Below are positions 26,775 to 36,980 of a DNA stretch of 64,000 nucleotides, in pieces. The notes beneath the pieces are model-generated. The model was not told the origin of the DNA. It saw nothing but the letters and a program-made list of their open reading frames with translations, and did not search any database. Every line of letters starts with the position of its first letter. Position 1 is the stretch's first letter. Where the stretch lies: sequence record NC_070952.1; one strand, given 5' to 3'. A program made the translations under genes and the position numbers.

Positions 26775-27823
26775 TTAAGGACCCACCATGTTAACTTAAT
26801 ACCTGTACGTCCTTTTTCAGAACGGGGAAGTAATAAAGGATATGCTCCACCACTGTAAGCAATGTATTCCTCGTTAGATAACTCACGGAAATAATTGTTA
26901 CGGGTAGTAGGCATAATGTTTGGGTTATAAAGGAAACTGTGTTCATTGAACGATTGAATCAAACCCCACTCATCCTGACGTTGTCCCGTTGAAGCAAACT
27001 GAATGGTAAAGTCATCTTGACCTTCGCCACGCAAAGTGTTCTGGGTAGTATCGATACTGGCAATGGCACCAGCCGGATACGTTGTCGGGATAGATTGAAC
27101 AGTAGCAAAGATGTGTTCCAGGAACATGGCGTCTTTGTTCATGATCAAGTGGTAGATTCGGCAATCGTAGTCAATCCGGTTACCCATCAAGTACCAATCA
27201 CGTGGTGTAACTTGACGATCTCCAGAAACTACTTCTGAAATATAGTCTTCCCAGTACTGGAACAGTGCCTGAAGAACAGAAGGTTTCGGATTGTAGTAAG
27301 TTTGGTTAATGGTATAGGCTTCATTAAACTCAAGCTTACTGGCAACGCGCTGATACACCTGGCTGCGTAATCCGGGTTCACTTGTTTCAATGGATAACTG
27401 AAGATCGTTGAATCCGGTAGAGGTTTTAATGAATGTGGTGAGTGGCACAATAAAAGGAATTCGGTTATCCAGAATCTTTCCGGCGTTAGCGGCTGCCCAG
27501 CGCTCATCCAACATCCCTCTTATATATGCACCGATGCTGTTTTGTCCGGCTCCATACAAACTGACCAACTTCTCAGAGCGACTAATGTTATCATCTGTAA
27601 GGTTCAGCTGTGGTCGGGTAACAAACGGCAATCCTATGGTGTTATCGGATAACGGCATCATTGCCGGCCCCTGACCTAGGATTTTTAACCCTCGTAGAGA
27701 GTTAATTAAAGGCGATGACCATCCTGGGGAAACACCTTCTAATAAAGAAGCATCAAACAGCGCATCTCTATTAGGAAGGTTCTCCCCTGAATAATTTGTA
27801 AAATCATTTTCATTTGAACTCAT
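26771..27823 (-). CDS. Virion protein with tail-tube-like fold, possible tube initiator (phiKZ gp88-like)
   Basis: LFQYWEDYI...YDCRIYHLIM...QSIPTTYP...FTIQF pattern resembles T4 gp19/gp54-type tube folds. Confidence 0.55.
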   Translation of the reverse strand: MSSNENDFTNYSGENLPNRDALFDASLLEGVSPGWSSPLINSLRGLKILGQGPAMMPLSDNTIGLPFVTRPQLNLTDDNISRSEKLVSLYGAGQNSIGAYIRGMLDERWAAANAGKILDNRIPFIVPLTTFIKTSTGFNDLQLSIETSEPGLRSQVYQRVASKLEFNEAYTINQTYYNPKPSVLQALFQYWEDYISEVVSGDRQVTPRDWYLMGNRIDYDCRIYHLIMNKDAMFLEHIFATVQSIPTTYPAGAIASIDTTQNTLRGEGQDDFTIQFASTGQRQDEWGLIQSFNEHSFLYNPNIMPTTRNNYFRELSNEEYIAYSGGAYPLLLPRSEKGRTGIKLTWWVLK

Positions 27824-27847
27824 AAATAAACCTTAATGGAGTACGTA

Positions 27848-28975
27848 ATGATTCCTCAAGCTCTTTCTTTAGGCGCTACGCTGCTTCAGGTAGCTACGGC
27901 CTTCGGTGCGAATAAGAAAGGTGTGGAAGTAGCTGGTAAAGTCATTGATGGCGCTGCGGCGACATACAATGTTCTCCAGACTGGTAACTTAGCCAAGTCT
28001 GCTTCTAAAACTTTGATCTCGCCTTTAGTTGCTATTGAAGACACCCTGATTCACCAAGATTACATGTCGGACCTGATGACCGTGGTTAACCTGCGTGACA
28101 TCAATGACGTTCTTTCTCACTTTGCTCAGCAAGGTAGTGTGAACGGCATTAAAGTATCTGATCTGGTTGATTCTATCCAACCTCGTCGTTCTGGGTTCCT
28201 GGCATTGCAAGGTGCTGAAGCATTCGGTAAATCTGAATCAGCCCTGAGAGCAATGCGTTTGAAAGAACTCAGTGGTATGGAAGCCCAGGCTCCAAACGGC
28301 AAACCGCTGCAGAACGTGGTTACCATTAACGGTAAGCAAGTTGCTGATCTGCAGGATTATAAACCCCTGGCTGTGGGTCGTACTGTTGACGCCTCTGTTA
28401 CCATCGATGGTACTCAGTTGACTTTCCCACTGACTTTCCGTCAGACTCCTGTCCCGGTTACTTCAGGTGATCTTCAAAAGATCTTCGAAGCAGCTCGTCC
28501 TCAGGATGGTTGGTTAGCTCGTATCATGATGGCGAAGACGGGTGAAATCACTTCCCCAGAACTGCTGACCGGTGAAGATGAGATCAAACGCGAGTTTAAC
28601 ATTCGTAAAAATGATCTGTCTGGTTATTACACCGAAGTGACTGATCGTGCAAGCAAGAATACCATGGCGGCTCTGCGCACCGGTATTGTCAGTGTGAACA
28701 CCCAGGCTAACACCATTATCATGACCTCAGAAACAGCACGCAACATCGAGCTGGAACTGGGTGTGCGTTTCGATGGTAGCGGTATCAACAAAATTCGTAA
28801 AGCGGTTATGGCCAACACGATTATTGTTGTCAATGACGCACTCGGTCTGTTTACCTTCTATTATGCAGGTAACAACATTCCGGAAGAATGGACCCAACGT
28901 CAGATCACCGTGAGCGCTAAGAAAGACACGTCAATGGATCTGGCTTCTCTGGCTAAACTGTTTGGTGGACGTTAA
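27848..28975 (+). CDS. Processed head protein (phiKZ gp89-like)
   Basis: QGAEAF and SGMEA motifs; GGAG SD supports ATG 27848; synteny. Confidence 0.7.
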   Translation: MIPQALSLGATLLQVATAFGANKKGVEVAGKVIDGAAATYNVLQTGNLAKSASKTLISPLVAIEDTLIHQDYMSDLMTVVNLRDINDVLSHFAQQGSVNGIKVSDLVDSIQPRRSGFLALQGAEAFGKSESALRAMRLKELSGMEAQAPNGKPLQNVVTINGKQVADLQDYKPLAVGRTVDASVTIDGTQLTFPLTFRQTPVPVTSGDLQKIFEAARPQDGWLARIMMAKTGEITSPELLTGEDEIKREFNIRKNDLSGYYTEVTDRASKNTMAALRTGIVSVNTQANTIIMTSETARNIELELGVRFDGSGINKIRKAVMANTIIVVNDALGLFTFYYAGNNIPEEWTQRQITVSAKKDTSMDLASLAKLFGGR

Positions 28976-28978
28976 TTC

Positions 28979-29851
28979 ATGATCATTATTAGTGACACTC
29001 CAAAAACCGATGTGATTGTTTCCATCGATAAAGAGCTCGTTTATTTACGCGGCTTGTCAGACACTATCAAGTTACTGCGTGATGGTTCTGATAACCTGGC
29101 GGCTGTTGAAGGCTATATCCAGCGCAATGCCGTATTAAAAGGTATTGAGGGTGATGTTCGTAAACACATCAACTCTCGCTCTGATCTGATTGGGACAATG
29201 GACTTTGCCATTAACCAGTTAATCGCCTGGGTACCAAAACTGAAAGACCGCATCATTAAAGGGAAGACCGACACCTTTGATGTTGAAACGATTACCTTCC
29301 AAGAGAAAGGTATTCTGGATTCTATCTCTGCGATCAACTTCTTCAACCGTTACTCCGGTGTGGTTTTGGATATCGTGATCACAGAAGCAGGCAAAGAAGT
29401 TAGCCTGAACAGTTTCCTGACTAAAGTGGATTTGGCTTTCTTTAACAACACGCCAAAGTACTACTCTAATCTGCTGGTCAAATTCTCGCAGTCAATCAAG
29501 ACCCTGGATACCATGATTGACGATCTGACTGATGAACCTTACGATGCGCAGTCTGAAGAAATTCTGGCAGCCTCTGTGGGTGATAAAGCAGTCAGCGTTC
29601 AGCGTAACCTGGCTCCGCACCAGTTGAACCCGTTGTATTGGTGGAAACGTCGTCAGATGAAGAAAGACATCAAGACGATTATTGACTCCAATGCTGATGT
29701 TGACATGTTGGCAATGAAGATTGCTCGCCTGAACAACCGCCGTTCTGGTGTTGAAGATCCAGGTCTGGATCGTCAGATCGAAATCTACCAAGATGAGATC
29801 ATCAAGAAACAGGGCAAGATTGCTCAAATCGAGGCGCGATATGGCAACTGA
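28979..29851 (+). CDS. Head protein (phiKZ gp90-like)
   Basis: 290 aa, C-terminal coiled coil; KGIEG motif; synteny. Confidence 0.7.
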   Translation: MIIISDTPKTDVIVSIDKELVYLRGLSDTIKLLRDGSDNLAAVEGYIQRNAVLKGIEGDVRKHINSRSDLIGTMDFAINQLIAWVPKLKDRIIKGKTDTFDVETITFQEKGILDSISAINFFNRYSGVVLDIVITEAGKEVSLNSFLTKVDLAFFNNTPKYYSNLLVKFSQSIKTLDTMIDDLTDEPYDAQSEEILAASVGDKAVSVQRNLAPHQLNPLYWWKRRQMKKDIKTIIDSNADVDMLAMKIARLNNRRSGVEDPGLDRQIEIYQDEIIKKQGKIAQIEARYGN

Positions 29852-30377
29852 GTTTAAGTATCTTAAATTCGGTTTAGTCCCTGCAAATTTCGATAATGGA
29901 ATCCTGGAGAACAACGAAAGAATTATTAACTCTTTCTTGAATGCCTGGGGTTCCTATCAGCTGATGAATGATGCGGCTTCGCATTCAGAGATCTTTGACA
30001 TCACCCGTCGTTATATTGGTGCAAGCTTCCGTAACTGGTTGATTGTTAACTTCCGTAATGGCGGTGGTGCACGTAAAGAACTCTCCCGCAAAATCGTCGG
30101 TTATATTGCAGGACGACTCCCAGGTAGTGTTGTTATCAACCAGCTGAGAATCGACTTTAACCGAATCCAGAACATGAGTAAGAATGGTGAAGTGATTCAT
30201 ACTTCTATCATTTACGATGCTCACGATGATATCCGTCACCAGTATGTTGTTGAAGATGTTGACTTCAAGATTATTGAAGATCGTCACTTCTATGATTTCA
30301 TGGCGTTGATCGGTCCTGAGCTTGCAGCGAAATTCTGTTTAAGTCTGGACGGGATCTACTATGACAACAACAAGTAG
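29841..30377 (+). CDS. Conserved hypothetical protein
   Basis: ATG 29841 with GAGG SD, overlapping the previous stop. Confidence 0.7.
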   Translation: MATEFKYLKFGLVPANFDNGILENNERIINSFLNAWGSYQLMNDAASHSEIFDITRRYIGASFRNWLIVNFRNGGGARKELSRKIVGYIAGRLPGSVVINQLRIDFNRIQNMSKNGEVIHTSIIYDAHDDIRHQYVVEDVDFKIIEDRHFYDFMALIGPELAAKFCLSLDGIYYDNNK

Positions 30378-31632
30378 CTTACTGGGTAACCTAAAAGCCG
30401 CTGCGATTAACCCCGCTTCCGTACAAAGTGTCCCGAAGCTTACTGAAGAAGCACGCGGTGCTCTTGATAATTTTCGCATTAACCTCAAAGTTAAAGAGGA
30501 ACTTCAAACGGCATTAGAAACCGTTGAAGATAATGAAGATTATCAGATCACCTCAGAGATGGCGAATGCCGTTGATAACCTTGTCACCCAGAATGCTAAC
30601 CTCAAAGTCAGTAACGGGATGACGACTGTCAGCGGTAACGAAGCTTTCGGTATTAACATCACTCCCAAAGAGTGGCGTAAAGTGCGTGCAGAGAACCTGC
30701 GTGAGATGTTAGGGGAAACCTATAAAAACATCAAACGCTGGGCAAATCAGTTGGTGGAAAACTTTCACCGCAGCTGGGTAGAATTAACTACCTCCACAGA
30801 AGTCCTAGAAACACGTCTGGAGGCTTTAGACGCCTTAATGGATGTGGTAGGACAGATAAGAGAAGGATGCACTGAGGTTGAGCTCAACGAGCTTATTGTG
30901 CGTTCTATCTCTAAAGGAGGAAGGATTCTAAACGGTGAGCTGGGTAAACAGCTGCAATCCGAAGTGAATTATATCTTCTCGTGTCTACGTGTTTGGGAAA
31001 TGGAACAGGTTCGTTATAAGAACTCTGTGATCCGTTATTTCGGCAATGACAAGAACAATGACATTACCGATATTGAACGCCAAATCCCTAAACTGTTTAA
31101 CCAACGTTCCAAACTTCCCAATGATGACTCCGAGATGTTAGTGACTCGCCAAACATTCGGGATGCTCGACGGGATGGCTTTCCAGGGTATCACTCTGGAT
31201 CTGCGTTGGGTCAAAGACACGATCATTGTTCCAACCGACAACACGCTGTATGCGGACAGTCTTTCGATGACTGGCTACAATGTGATCAAAGACGGGACTG
31301 AACGTTCTGGTAAAGCCAATGTGAAGATTCTTCCGTTGACCCAGATTTATATCATTCGTGATGTGGTTCAGACCATCATTGATAAGTTGAAAGGCATGAA
31401 CGTTGAAACCGATCCTGTTAACTTCAACCCGGATGATGTGAAAGATGTCCTGGCTACTTTACGTAATGGAAACTCTGGTCAAGACCGGGCGTATCAGTAT
31501 GGTTTAATCACCGCTGATTACCAGTTCGATGTCAACAGCTTCAAGACCCAGGTTTCCAGCATGTTGATCGTCTTGGCAAGTCATCTGTTGACCATGGTTG
31601 CATTGCATCTGGAGTGTTACGATGTCGAATGA
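30361..31632 (+). CDS. Internal head protein, phiKZ gp93-97-like paralog family
   Basis: Propeptide ending SGNEAF, then helix TYKNIKRWANQLVENF. Confidence 0.7.
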   Translation: MTTTSSLLGNLKAAAINPASVQSVPKLTEEARGALDNFRINLKVKEELQTALETVEDNEDYQITSEMANAVDNLVTQNANLKVSNGMTTVSGNEAFGINITPKEWRKVRAENLREMLGETYKNIKRWANQLVENFHRSWVELTTSTEVLETRLEALDALMDVVGQIREGCTEVELNELIVRSISKGGRILNGELGKQLQSEVNYIFSCLRVWEMEQVRYKNSVIRYFGNDKNNDITDIERQIPKLFNQRSKLPNDDSEMLVTRQTFGMLDGMAFQGITLDLRWVKDTIIVPTDNTLYADSLSMTGYNVIKDGTERSGKANVKILPLTQIYIIRDVVQTIIDKLKGMNVETDPVNFNPDDVKDVLATLRNGNSGQDRAYQYGLITADYQFDVNSFKTQVSSMLIVLASHLLTMVALHLECYDVE

Positions 31633-32575
31633 ACGTGATGTCTTAAAAGACTCACTTCAGGGACTGTTACTCATGAACACCCGAGTCGATGGTTGTGAGA
31701 CCTTCCTCTCGGATGTCTTGGGTAAACTTAAGCAAGCGGGAAGTAAGGTTGGTGAAGACGCCGGTGAATTAATTTCAAAAGGTGTCAGGTCTGCTAAGAG
31801 TGGGATTGTTAAAACACTTGGCACACGCCGGATGTTTATTGGTCATCTCTATAACCGCTTGAATAAAGATACTCTGAAAGATGAGTTCACTTTTAATACT
31901 GCATTCTTAAAGAAGGTCACCCGTGATGGCCAGCCTTCTGATATCTTACCGGCTCTGGTCGAACTCCAGAAAACCATGGATATCTTTAAATCCTTTCTGC
32001 AAGATGTTGAAGCATACTCCAGCAAAGAACTTGCATTGCTAGGACGTATTGCCGACATCAAAGATACGGATGATGCGGTCTCTATCCTCAATGGACTTGA
32101 TGCACTTAAGTTCGCTGAATTCCCGCTGCCTGAGAGTAATATGAAGAACACTGTGTCTTCACATATGCTACCCGGCGGTAAAATGGTTTGGTTTGATAGC
32201 CGTTCTGACAAGGCTTCGCTGGTTAACTTTGTTACTCCTGCTGAAGAAATCACTGAATCATTTGCTAAAGACGACGTTAAGGTCATCTTGACGAAGTTAA
32301 ACAAATTGGTAGAAACGTATCAATATGTTGTGAAAGCCCTTGATCAATATGAGAACTACACTAAGAAGTTCAATACTGTGCTGGGTAAATCTTTTGCTCA
32401 TTTAGATACTTTGAAAGGGACCTTGTCTGCTGCACTGTTGACGGATTTGCGTTCTCGTCTGGAAGGGAACGCGAAGGTATTCACTTTGTACTCAGGGTTT
32501 CTTCCACAGCTCATGATCTACCTGGACGATTATGTGGACACACTGTCGTCCTACTTAAGTAAACAATTTAATTAA
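31622..32575 (+). CDS. Internal head protein, same paralog family
   Basis: DGCETF motif after a short propeptide; GGAG SD supports ATG 31622. Confidence 0.7.
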   Translation: MSNERDVLKDSLQGLLLMNTRVDGCETFLSDVLGKLKQAGSKVGEDAGELISKGVRSAKSGIVKTLGTRRMFIGHLYNRLNKDTLKDEFTFNTAFLKKVTRDGQPSDILPALVELQKTMDIFKSFLQDVEAYSSKELALLGRIADIKDTDDAVSILNGLDALKFAEFPLPESNMKNTVSSHMLPGGKMVWFDSRSDKASLVNFVTPAEEITESFAKDDVKVILTKLNKLVETYQYVVKALDQYENYTKKFNTVLGKSFAHLDTLKGTLSAALLTDLRSRLEGNAKVFTLYSGFLPQLMIYLDDYVDTLSSYLSKQFN

Positions 32576-32611
32576 ATCGTTTTAACTCTTTCTATAGAAA
32601 AAGGTACTCGT

Positions 32612-33853
32612 ATGTCTCTTAAAGATCTCTTTGCTACCGTTGGCGGTATGGAAAACGCTGAACTGTCTGAAACTGCTATCGTTGCTACTGCTGAAGAAGC
32701 GGCTGAAGCGGTTGTAGAAGCTGAAATCAAATCTGCTGAAGCTGATATCGCTGAGCAGGAAAAAGATATCGCATCACATGAAACCGCTATCGAAGCTCTG
32801 GAAGAGAAAGTCGAAGAGCTGGAAGAGTGCGTCGATGGTCTGGAATCTATGGTCTCTGGTGCAACTCCGTTCAACGCTGAACTGTTTGCTTACCAGATGA
32901 AACGCGGTGCAAAGATCTCTGCTAAATTTGGTGTTCCTGTTGAAGTTCAGGGTGCTGAGTCTTATGCTGATGCATCAAGCGCGAACCTGGCTGCTTATGA
33001 AGGCATGGAAGCCATGAAAGATGTGGCTGGCAAAGCAGTTGGCGCGATTAAGAAATTCTTCGTGGATCTGTACAACAGCTTCATCAACCTGTTCATCGGC
33101 ATCTTCAACAAACTGAAAGGCCTGAAAGCCAAAGCCGGTACGTTGAAAGCTGCGGTTAACTCTGGTACCGCTAAAGAAGGTGACTTCGATCTGCCTAAGT
33201 CTTCTTCTCTGCTGGAAACCAACGGTAGCTCTAAAGCTATCTCTGCTCTGATCGCTGTTCAGGGTAAAGCGTTCTCTGAACTGGGTGGTCTGGGTGTGGC
33301 TCGTGAAGGCGACTCTGCTCAAGCAGCTCACGCTGTTGCTGACGCATTCGGTAGCGCTGGCGCTAAAACCATCGATGCCAAGAACGATGACACCGAAACT
33401 CTGGTAGTCAAAGTTGGTACCGGTGCTGAAGTTCGCATCGTTGCTCCTGTGCGTGACGCTGGCCTGGGTAAAGCTTCTGTTACCGTTAAAGCCGGTGAAG
33501 CTCCTAAAGGCGGCAAACTGGACAAATCTGTCCTGCTGTCACTGGTTAACAGCGTAGCGTCTGATGCAGACAAACTGCACAATGCTAAACTGGACAAAAC
33601 CGCACTGACCACTCAGCGCGATAAAGCTATCGGCGCAATCGAAAAGAACCAGGCTCCTAAAGCTGACCGTTCTGACGACGACAAGAAAGAAGTTAAATCT
33701 ACTGTCGGTGCCGTTAAAGCAGCTCACACTGCAGCTCTGAAATACGCTCGTGCCGCTACCTCTCTGGGTGCTGATATCCTGGAAGCTCAGCTGGCCTTCG
33801 TTAAGGCTCACCTGGGTGGTTCAGCTCCAGCTAAAGCAGACGACAAGAAGTAA
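32612..33853 (+). CDS. Abundant internal head protein (phiKZ gp93-like)
   Basis: Glu/Ala-rich propeptide with GGMEN, DGLES, QGAES, EGMEA; strong optimal-codon bias (GCT, CTG, AAA, GGT); dedicated terminator. Confidence 0.8.
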   Translation: MSLKDLFATVGGMENAELSETAIVATAEEAAEAVVEAEIKSAEADIAEQEKDIASHETAIEALEEKVEELEECVDGLESMVSGATPFNAELFAYQMKRGAKISAKFGVPVEVQGAESYADASSANLAAYEGMEAMKDVAGKAVGAIKKFFVDLYNSFINLFIGIFNKLKGLKAKAGTLKAAVNSGTAKEGDFDLPKSSSLLETNGSSKAISALIAVQGKAFSELGGLGVAREGDSAQAAHAVADAFGSAGAKTIDAKNDDTETLVVKVGTGAEVRIVAPVRDAGLGKASVTVKAGEAPKGGKLDKSVLLSLVNSVASDADKLHNAKLDKTALTTQRDKAIGAIEKNQAPKADRSDDDKKEVKSTVGAVKAAHTAALKYARAATSLGADILEAQLAFVKAHLGGSAPAKADDKK

Positions 33854-33872
33854 TTCTGTCTGATTAACATTT

Positions 33873-33906
33873 AGGAACAAGGGGCTTCGGCTCCTTGTTC
33901 CTTTTT
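33873..33906 (+). terminator. Canonical rho-independent terminator
   Basis: AGGAACAAGGGGC-TTCG-GCTCCTTGTTCCT directly followed by TTTT. Confidence 0.9.
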
Positions 33907-33919
33907 GCTGTTTGTTTGA

Positions 33920-33929
33920 ATGCTATGAT
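33920..33929 (+). promoter_or_regulatory. Putative late promoter ATGCTATGAT
   Basis: Between the terminator and the AGGAG SD of gene 33947. Confidence 0.55.
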
Positions 33930-33946
33930 CTCACTAGGAGTTTATT

Positions 33947-35023
33947 ATGTCGCAAAAATTGATTCCAAGCCCTAAGGAGCCAATCGACTCTACCGATTAT
34001 ATCTACGGCGAGCGGATGGAACCTTATGAGGGCAGAATGAACTTCTTTCTTAATGAGAAAGTAGACGTTAAGAAAGACAATGTAAAAGAAGAAGATAAAG
34101 AGAAAGTAGACGGCCTTGAGAGCGTCTTACAGCGGTTTGCTTCTTATGGGGCTATCGTTCTTCCAAACCTGGAAGAAGAACGAGTAGGATTGATTGTAGA
34201 CGGTCAGGAAGCAGCTAACAATGTCAAGAAGGTAATTCACTTCTTGGTGCAGCTTGCCAAAGACGCCGTGGACTTTCTGCTTAACTTAGTTAACAACCGT
34301 ATTGCGCGATTGGATAACCGCGAATACCGGGTGTCCTTAAACCGTAAGCGTGATGGCATTGTCAGTGAGCCGGTTAAATACCCAGCGACTGTTCGTCGCC
34401 TGTTTGATCCATTGACCATGTCTTTAGATCCTAACTGGGTAACCGTTTCATTAAACAATGTGAATCGTTATTACGATGACACTGTGGATACGTACCGAGC
34501 ATTAACTAATCTGATTCGGACAGTTGATGGGGAAGGGTTTGATCTGACTTCTCAAATTGACAAAACGATTGATGTGGTTAAGCAGCACATGGGAATAAAG
34601 GAAAGTGCAGATTCTTTCTCATCAAAGATTATTCCTGGAAACCGCCAACTGGTTATTGATACCCCGACCCCAGACAACCTGAACAAGGTTGGGATCTATT
34701 TCCAGAACTCCACAGTTCCGGTGAAGTTGCTGTCCCCTGAGTATGAACCAAGTGGTCCGATGGTTGATGGTGTATTAGCAACTGTTCGCAAGACCATCAA
34801 AAACATCCGCTCTAACCAGAGCACGGTATCGCAACTGTACCGTACCTTTGAGAAAGAAGCAAAGGCATACGAGCTGGGTAACAAACACATGACCCCGGAT
34901 CAGCGTGCGTATCTCAATTGGTTGGTTCGCTTTAATAAACGCCTGATGACAGTTAACTTGCAGTATGTGTTAACAGCCATGGACTCTGGATTGGATTTTG
35001 TTAATTCAGGATTACGTAAATGA
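33947..35023 (+). CDS. Internal head protein, same paralog family
   Basis: DGLES and DGQEA, then VKKVIHFLVQLAKDAVDFLLN. Confidence 0.7.
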   Translation: MSQKLIPSPKEPIDSTDYIYGERMEPYEGRMNFFLNEKVDVKKDNVKEEDKEKVDGLESVLQRFASYGAIVLPNLEEERVGLIVDGQEAANNVKKVIHFLVQLAKDAVDFLLNLVNNRIARLDNREYRVSLNRKRDGIVSEPVKYPATVRRLFDPLTMSLDPNWVTVSLNNVNRYYDDTVDTYRALTNLIRTVDGEGFDLTSQIDKTIDVVKQHMGIKESADSFSSKIIPGNRQLVIDTPTPDNLNKVGIYFQNSTVPVKLLSPEYEPSGPMVDGVLATVRKTIKNIRSNQSTVSQLYRTFEKEAKAYELGNKHMTPDQRAYLNWLVRFNKRLMTVNLQYVLTAMDSGLDFVNSGLRK

Positions 35024-35538
35024 ATGTGGACGCAGTTAACCTCACCTTGACGCAATTAAAGAGCCTTGGGCTTTCAGCGTTTAATAAATTAAACGGAGTG
35101 GTAACATCGCTCCCACCCAGTTCATTGATTTTCACCAAGGCATCTGCTGACGATAAAGTCTTATTGCAAGACGTGCAATCTAAAGCAGGTGTGTTGATGA
35201 ACAAGATTTCACTGGGGTCTATCTTTCCTGATGGGATTGATATTCGTCCTTATAAGAAAGCTATCGTTCAAGAACAGAACCAGGTTAACGAACTCACCGC
35301 TGCCGCACTTAACACCAAGTATGCGACCACGTTGACCGTCAACGATCCAGATGTATTGGACACCGCCACGGGATTTGATCCAGCCAGTGTGCGGGACTTC
35401 CTGACGTTCTGTCGGGTCTTTGGTTTCTACGAGTTGACACTCAACAGTGTTCATCTCAGTACCATTGACGGCAAGCTGATTATCTCGGTGAATTCAACCC
35501 ACGATTACTTCACCGGTTTTGTTGAGGTTCTGGTATGA
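35020..35538 (+). CDS. Probable virion protein with a small C-terminal beta module
   Basis: RVFGFYELTLNSV...LIISVNSTHDYFTGFVEV; similar modules in 36981, 59916 and 61133. Confidence 0.65.
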   Translation: MNVDAVNLTLTQLKSLGLSAFNKLNGVVTSLPPSSLIFTKASADDKVLLQDVQSKAGVLMNKISLGSIFPDGIDIRPYKKAIVQEQNQVNELTAAALNTKYATTLTVNDPDVLDTATGFDPASVRDFLTFCRVFGFYELTLNSVHLSTIDGKLIISVNSTHDYFTGFVEVLV

Positions 35539-36119
35539 TTTCGAATCAAGATAACTATTTGTTTTTAAAACAAGTCCTGGCTATTATTGAATCACAGCGT
35601 AAAGGAATGGTGGTTAATTTTAATAACCAACCACTTGACCCTGAATCAGCAAAACAAATGGCCCTCAATAAACTTATTGATGTCGAGGATCAATTTACCA
35701 TTCCCCGGTTTGTTGATAATGTTACAGAAACAACTATCGATTTCCAAACAGCGATCGAGGCTATTACGTTTTGGGTGGGTGATCTTCGTGATACGAACCT
35801 ACCCGATAACGAAGCAATGCAATTGATTTTAGAAGTCGATAAGCCCGATAATCTTTATCGCAGTATCGTGGAATATCCTCTTCTAACGTGCTACGACGAT
35901 CATAAAGTTAATTTAAATGCGGGTACGCTCTTCCCCGTTGATAACCAAACTGTTATCGATGCCGCTAACGCTGTGGATAAAGCATTATCACACATTAACA
36001 AATGGGTAATCGAAGATCTCACTTATTACTCATTAGGTCAGCTCATTATTTTACTTAACTGTGTTCAGGTTCTTGATGAAATGTTCCAGTTTGGTAATGA
36101 TCGTTTTATAGGGTGTTAA
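35535..36119 (+). CDS. Hypothetical protein
   Basis: 194 aa, GAGG SD, coupled to both neighbours. Confidence 0.7.
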   Translation: MISNQDNYLFLKQVLAIIESQRKGMVVNFNNQPLDPESAKQMALNKLIDVEDQFTIPRFVDNVTETTIDFQTAIEAITFWVGDLRDTNLPDNEAMQLILEVDKPDNLYRSIVEYPLLTCYDDHKVNLNAGTLFPVDNQTVIDAANAVDKALSHINKWVIEDLTYYSLGQLIILLNCVQVLDEMFQFGNDRFIGC

Positions 36120-36120
36120 A

Positions 36121-36978
36121 ATGGAAGAAGAAGTCTTCTTGGAAGTTCCCGTTACCCCACAGTCTATCACGGATGATTTTTCCCATGTTGAGTGGGCGCT
36201 TGATGGGATGGTTTCACTGGGTGACGTAACCCGTGATGGGTTTAGCGCAATGTCAGGCAATGAAGCTTTCTACTGTTTGCACTATGACGCAGTAAACGGC
36301 ATGGAAGCCAAGCTCACCGATAACATCAAAGAAGTGGCTGCGCGCTTGTATAAGAACATTACGGACATGTTAAAGCGTATTAGCACGTACTTCTTTGGGG
36401 ATGCTCAGAAAGCTGCTGAGGATGCAACCAGTAAAGCAGAAGACGCTATTGCTGCACTCAACGACTTAGAAGGGAATACACCAATCCCTGAAGACTCCCC
36501 GTTGCGAAATCCAGAGAACCTGGTGAAGGCAATGGAAGGTGGAACTGAGTATAACGAGGTCAAGGAAGAGAACAGTGACCTGGGCAGTGTGATGGATAAG
36601 ATCACCGCAGCGGCAGCAAAGGTTAAGGGATGTGATAACGTGGCCAAACTGAGGACCGTCTATAAAGAGGTTCAGACCGCATCAGGCCAAGGCATTCAAT
36701 CGGTGGGTGGTTCACTGCGTAAAACTCTGAGTAACGCACAGCAAGCGGCTAATAAGCTGCGTAACGCTAAAGTTCCTCAGGACGATGATACCCCTGAAGT
36801 TAAAACCGGGATCAAGGAAGAGAATAAAGAAGCCAGCGACGAAGCCAAAGATGAAACAAAGAAAGCCCGTATCGTTGGTGGGATGCAAAACAAAATCGTT
36901 GGGACGTTAAATGCCGTTGCCAAGATGGCAAAAACCGTGAAAGAGAAACCGCCAGCAAAATCTAACTTTAAGGGGTAG
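36121..36978 (+). CDS. Putative processed head protein
   Basis: SGNEAF and NGMEA, then LYKNITDMLKRISTYFFG; charged helical body. Confidence 0.7.
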   Translation: MEEEVFLEVPVTPQSITDDFSHVEWALDGMVSLGDVTRDGFSAMSGNEAFYCLHYDAVNGMEAKLTDNIKEVAARLYKNITDMLKRISTYFFGDAQKAAEDATSKAEDAIAALNDLEGNTPIPEDSPLRNPENLVKAMEGGTEYNEVKEENSDLGSVMDKITAAAAKVKGCDNVAKLRTVYKEVQTASGQGIQSVGGSLRKTLSNAQQAANKLRNAKVPQDDDTPEVKTGIKEENKEASDEAKDETKKARIVGGMQNKIVGTLNAVAKMAKTVKEKPPAKSNFKG

Positions 36979-36980
36979 GT

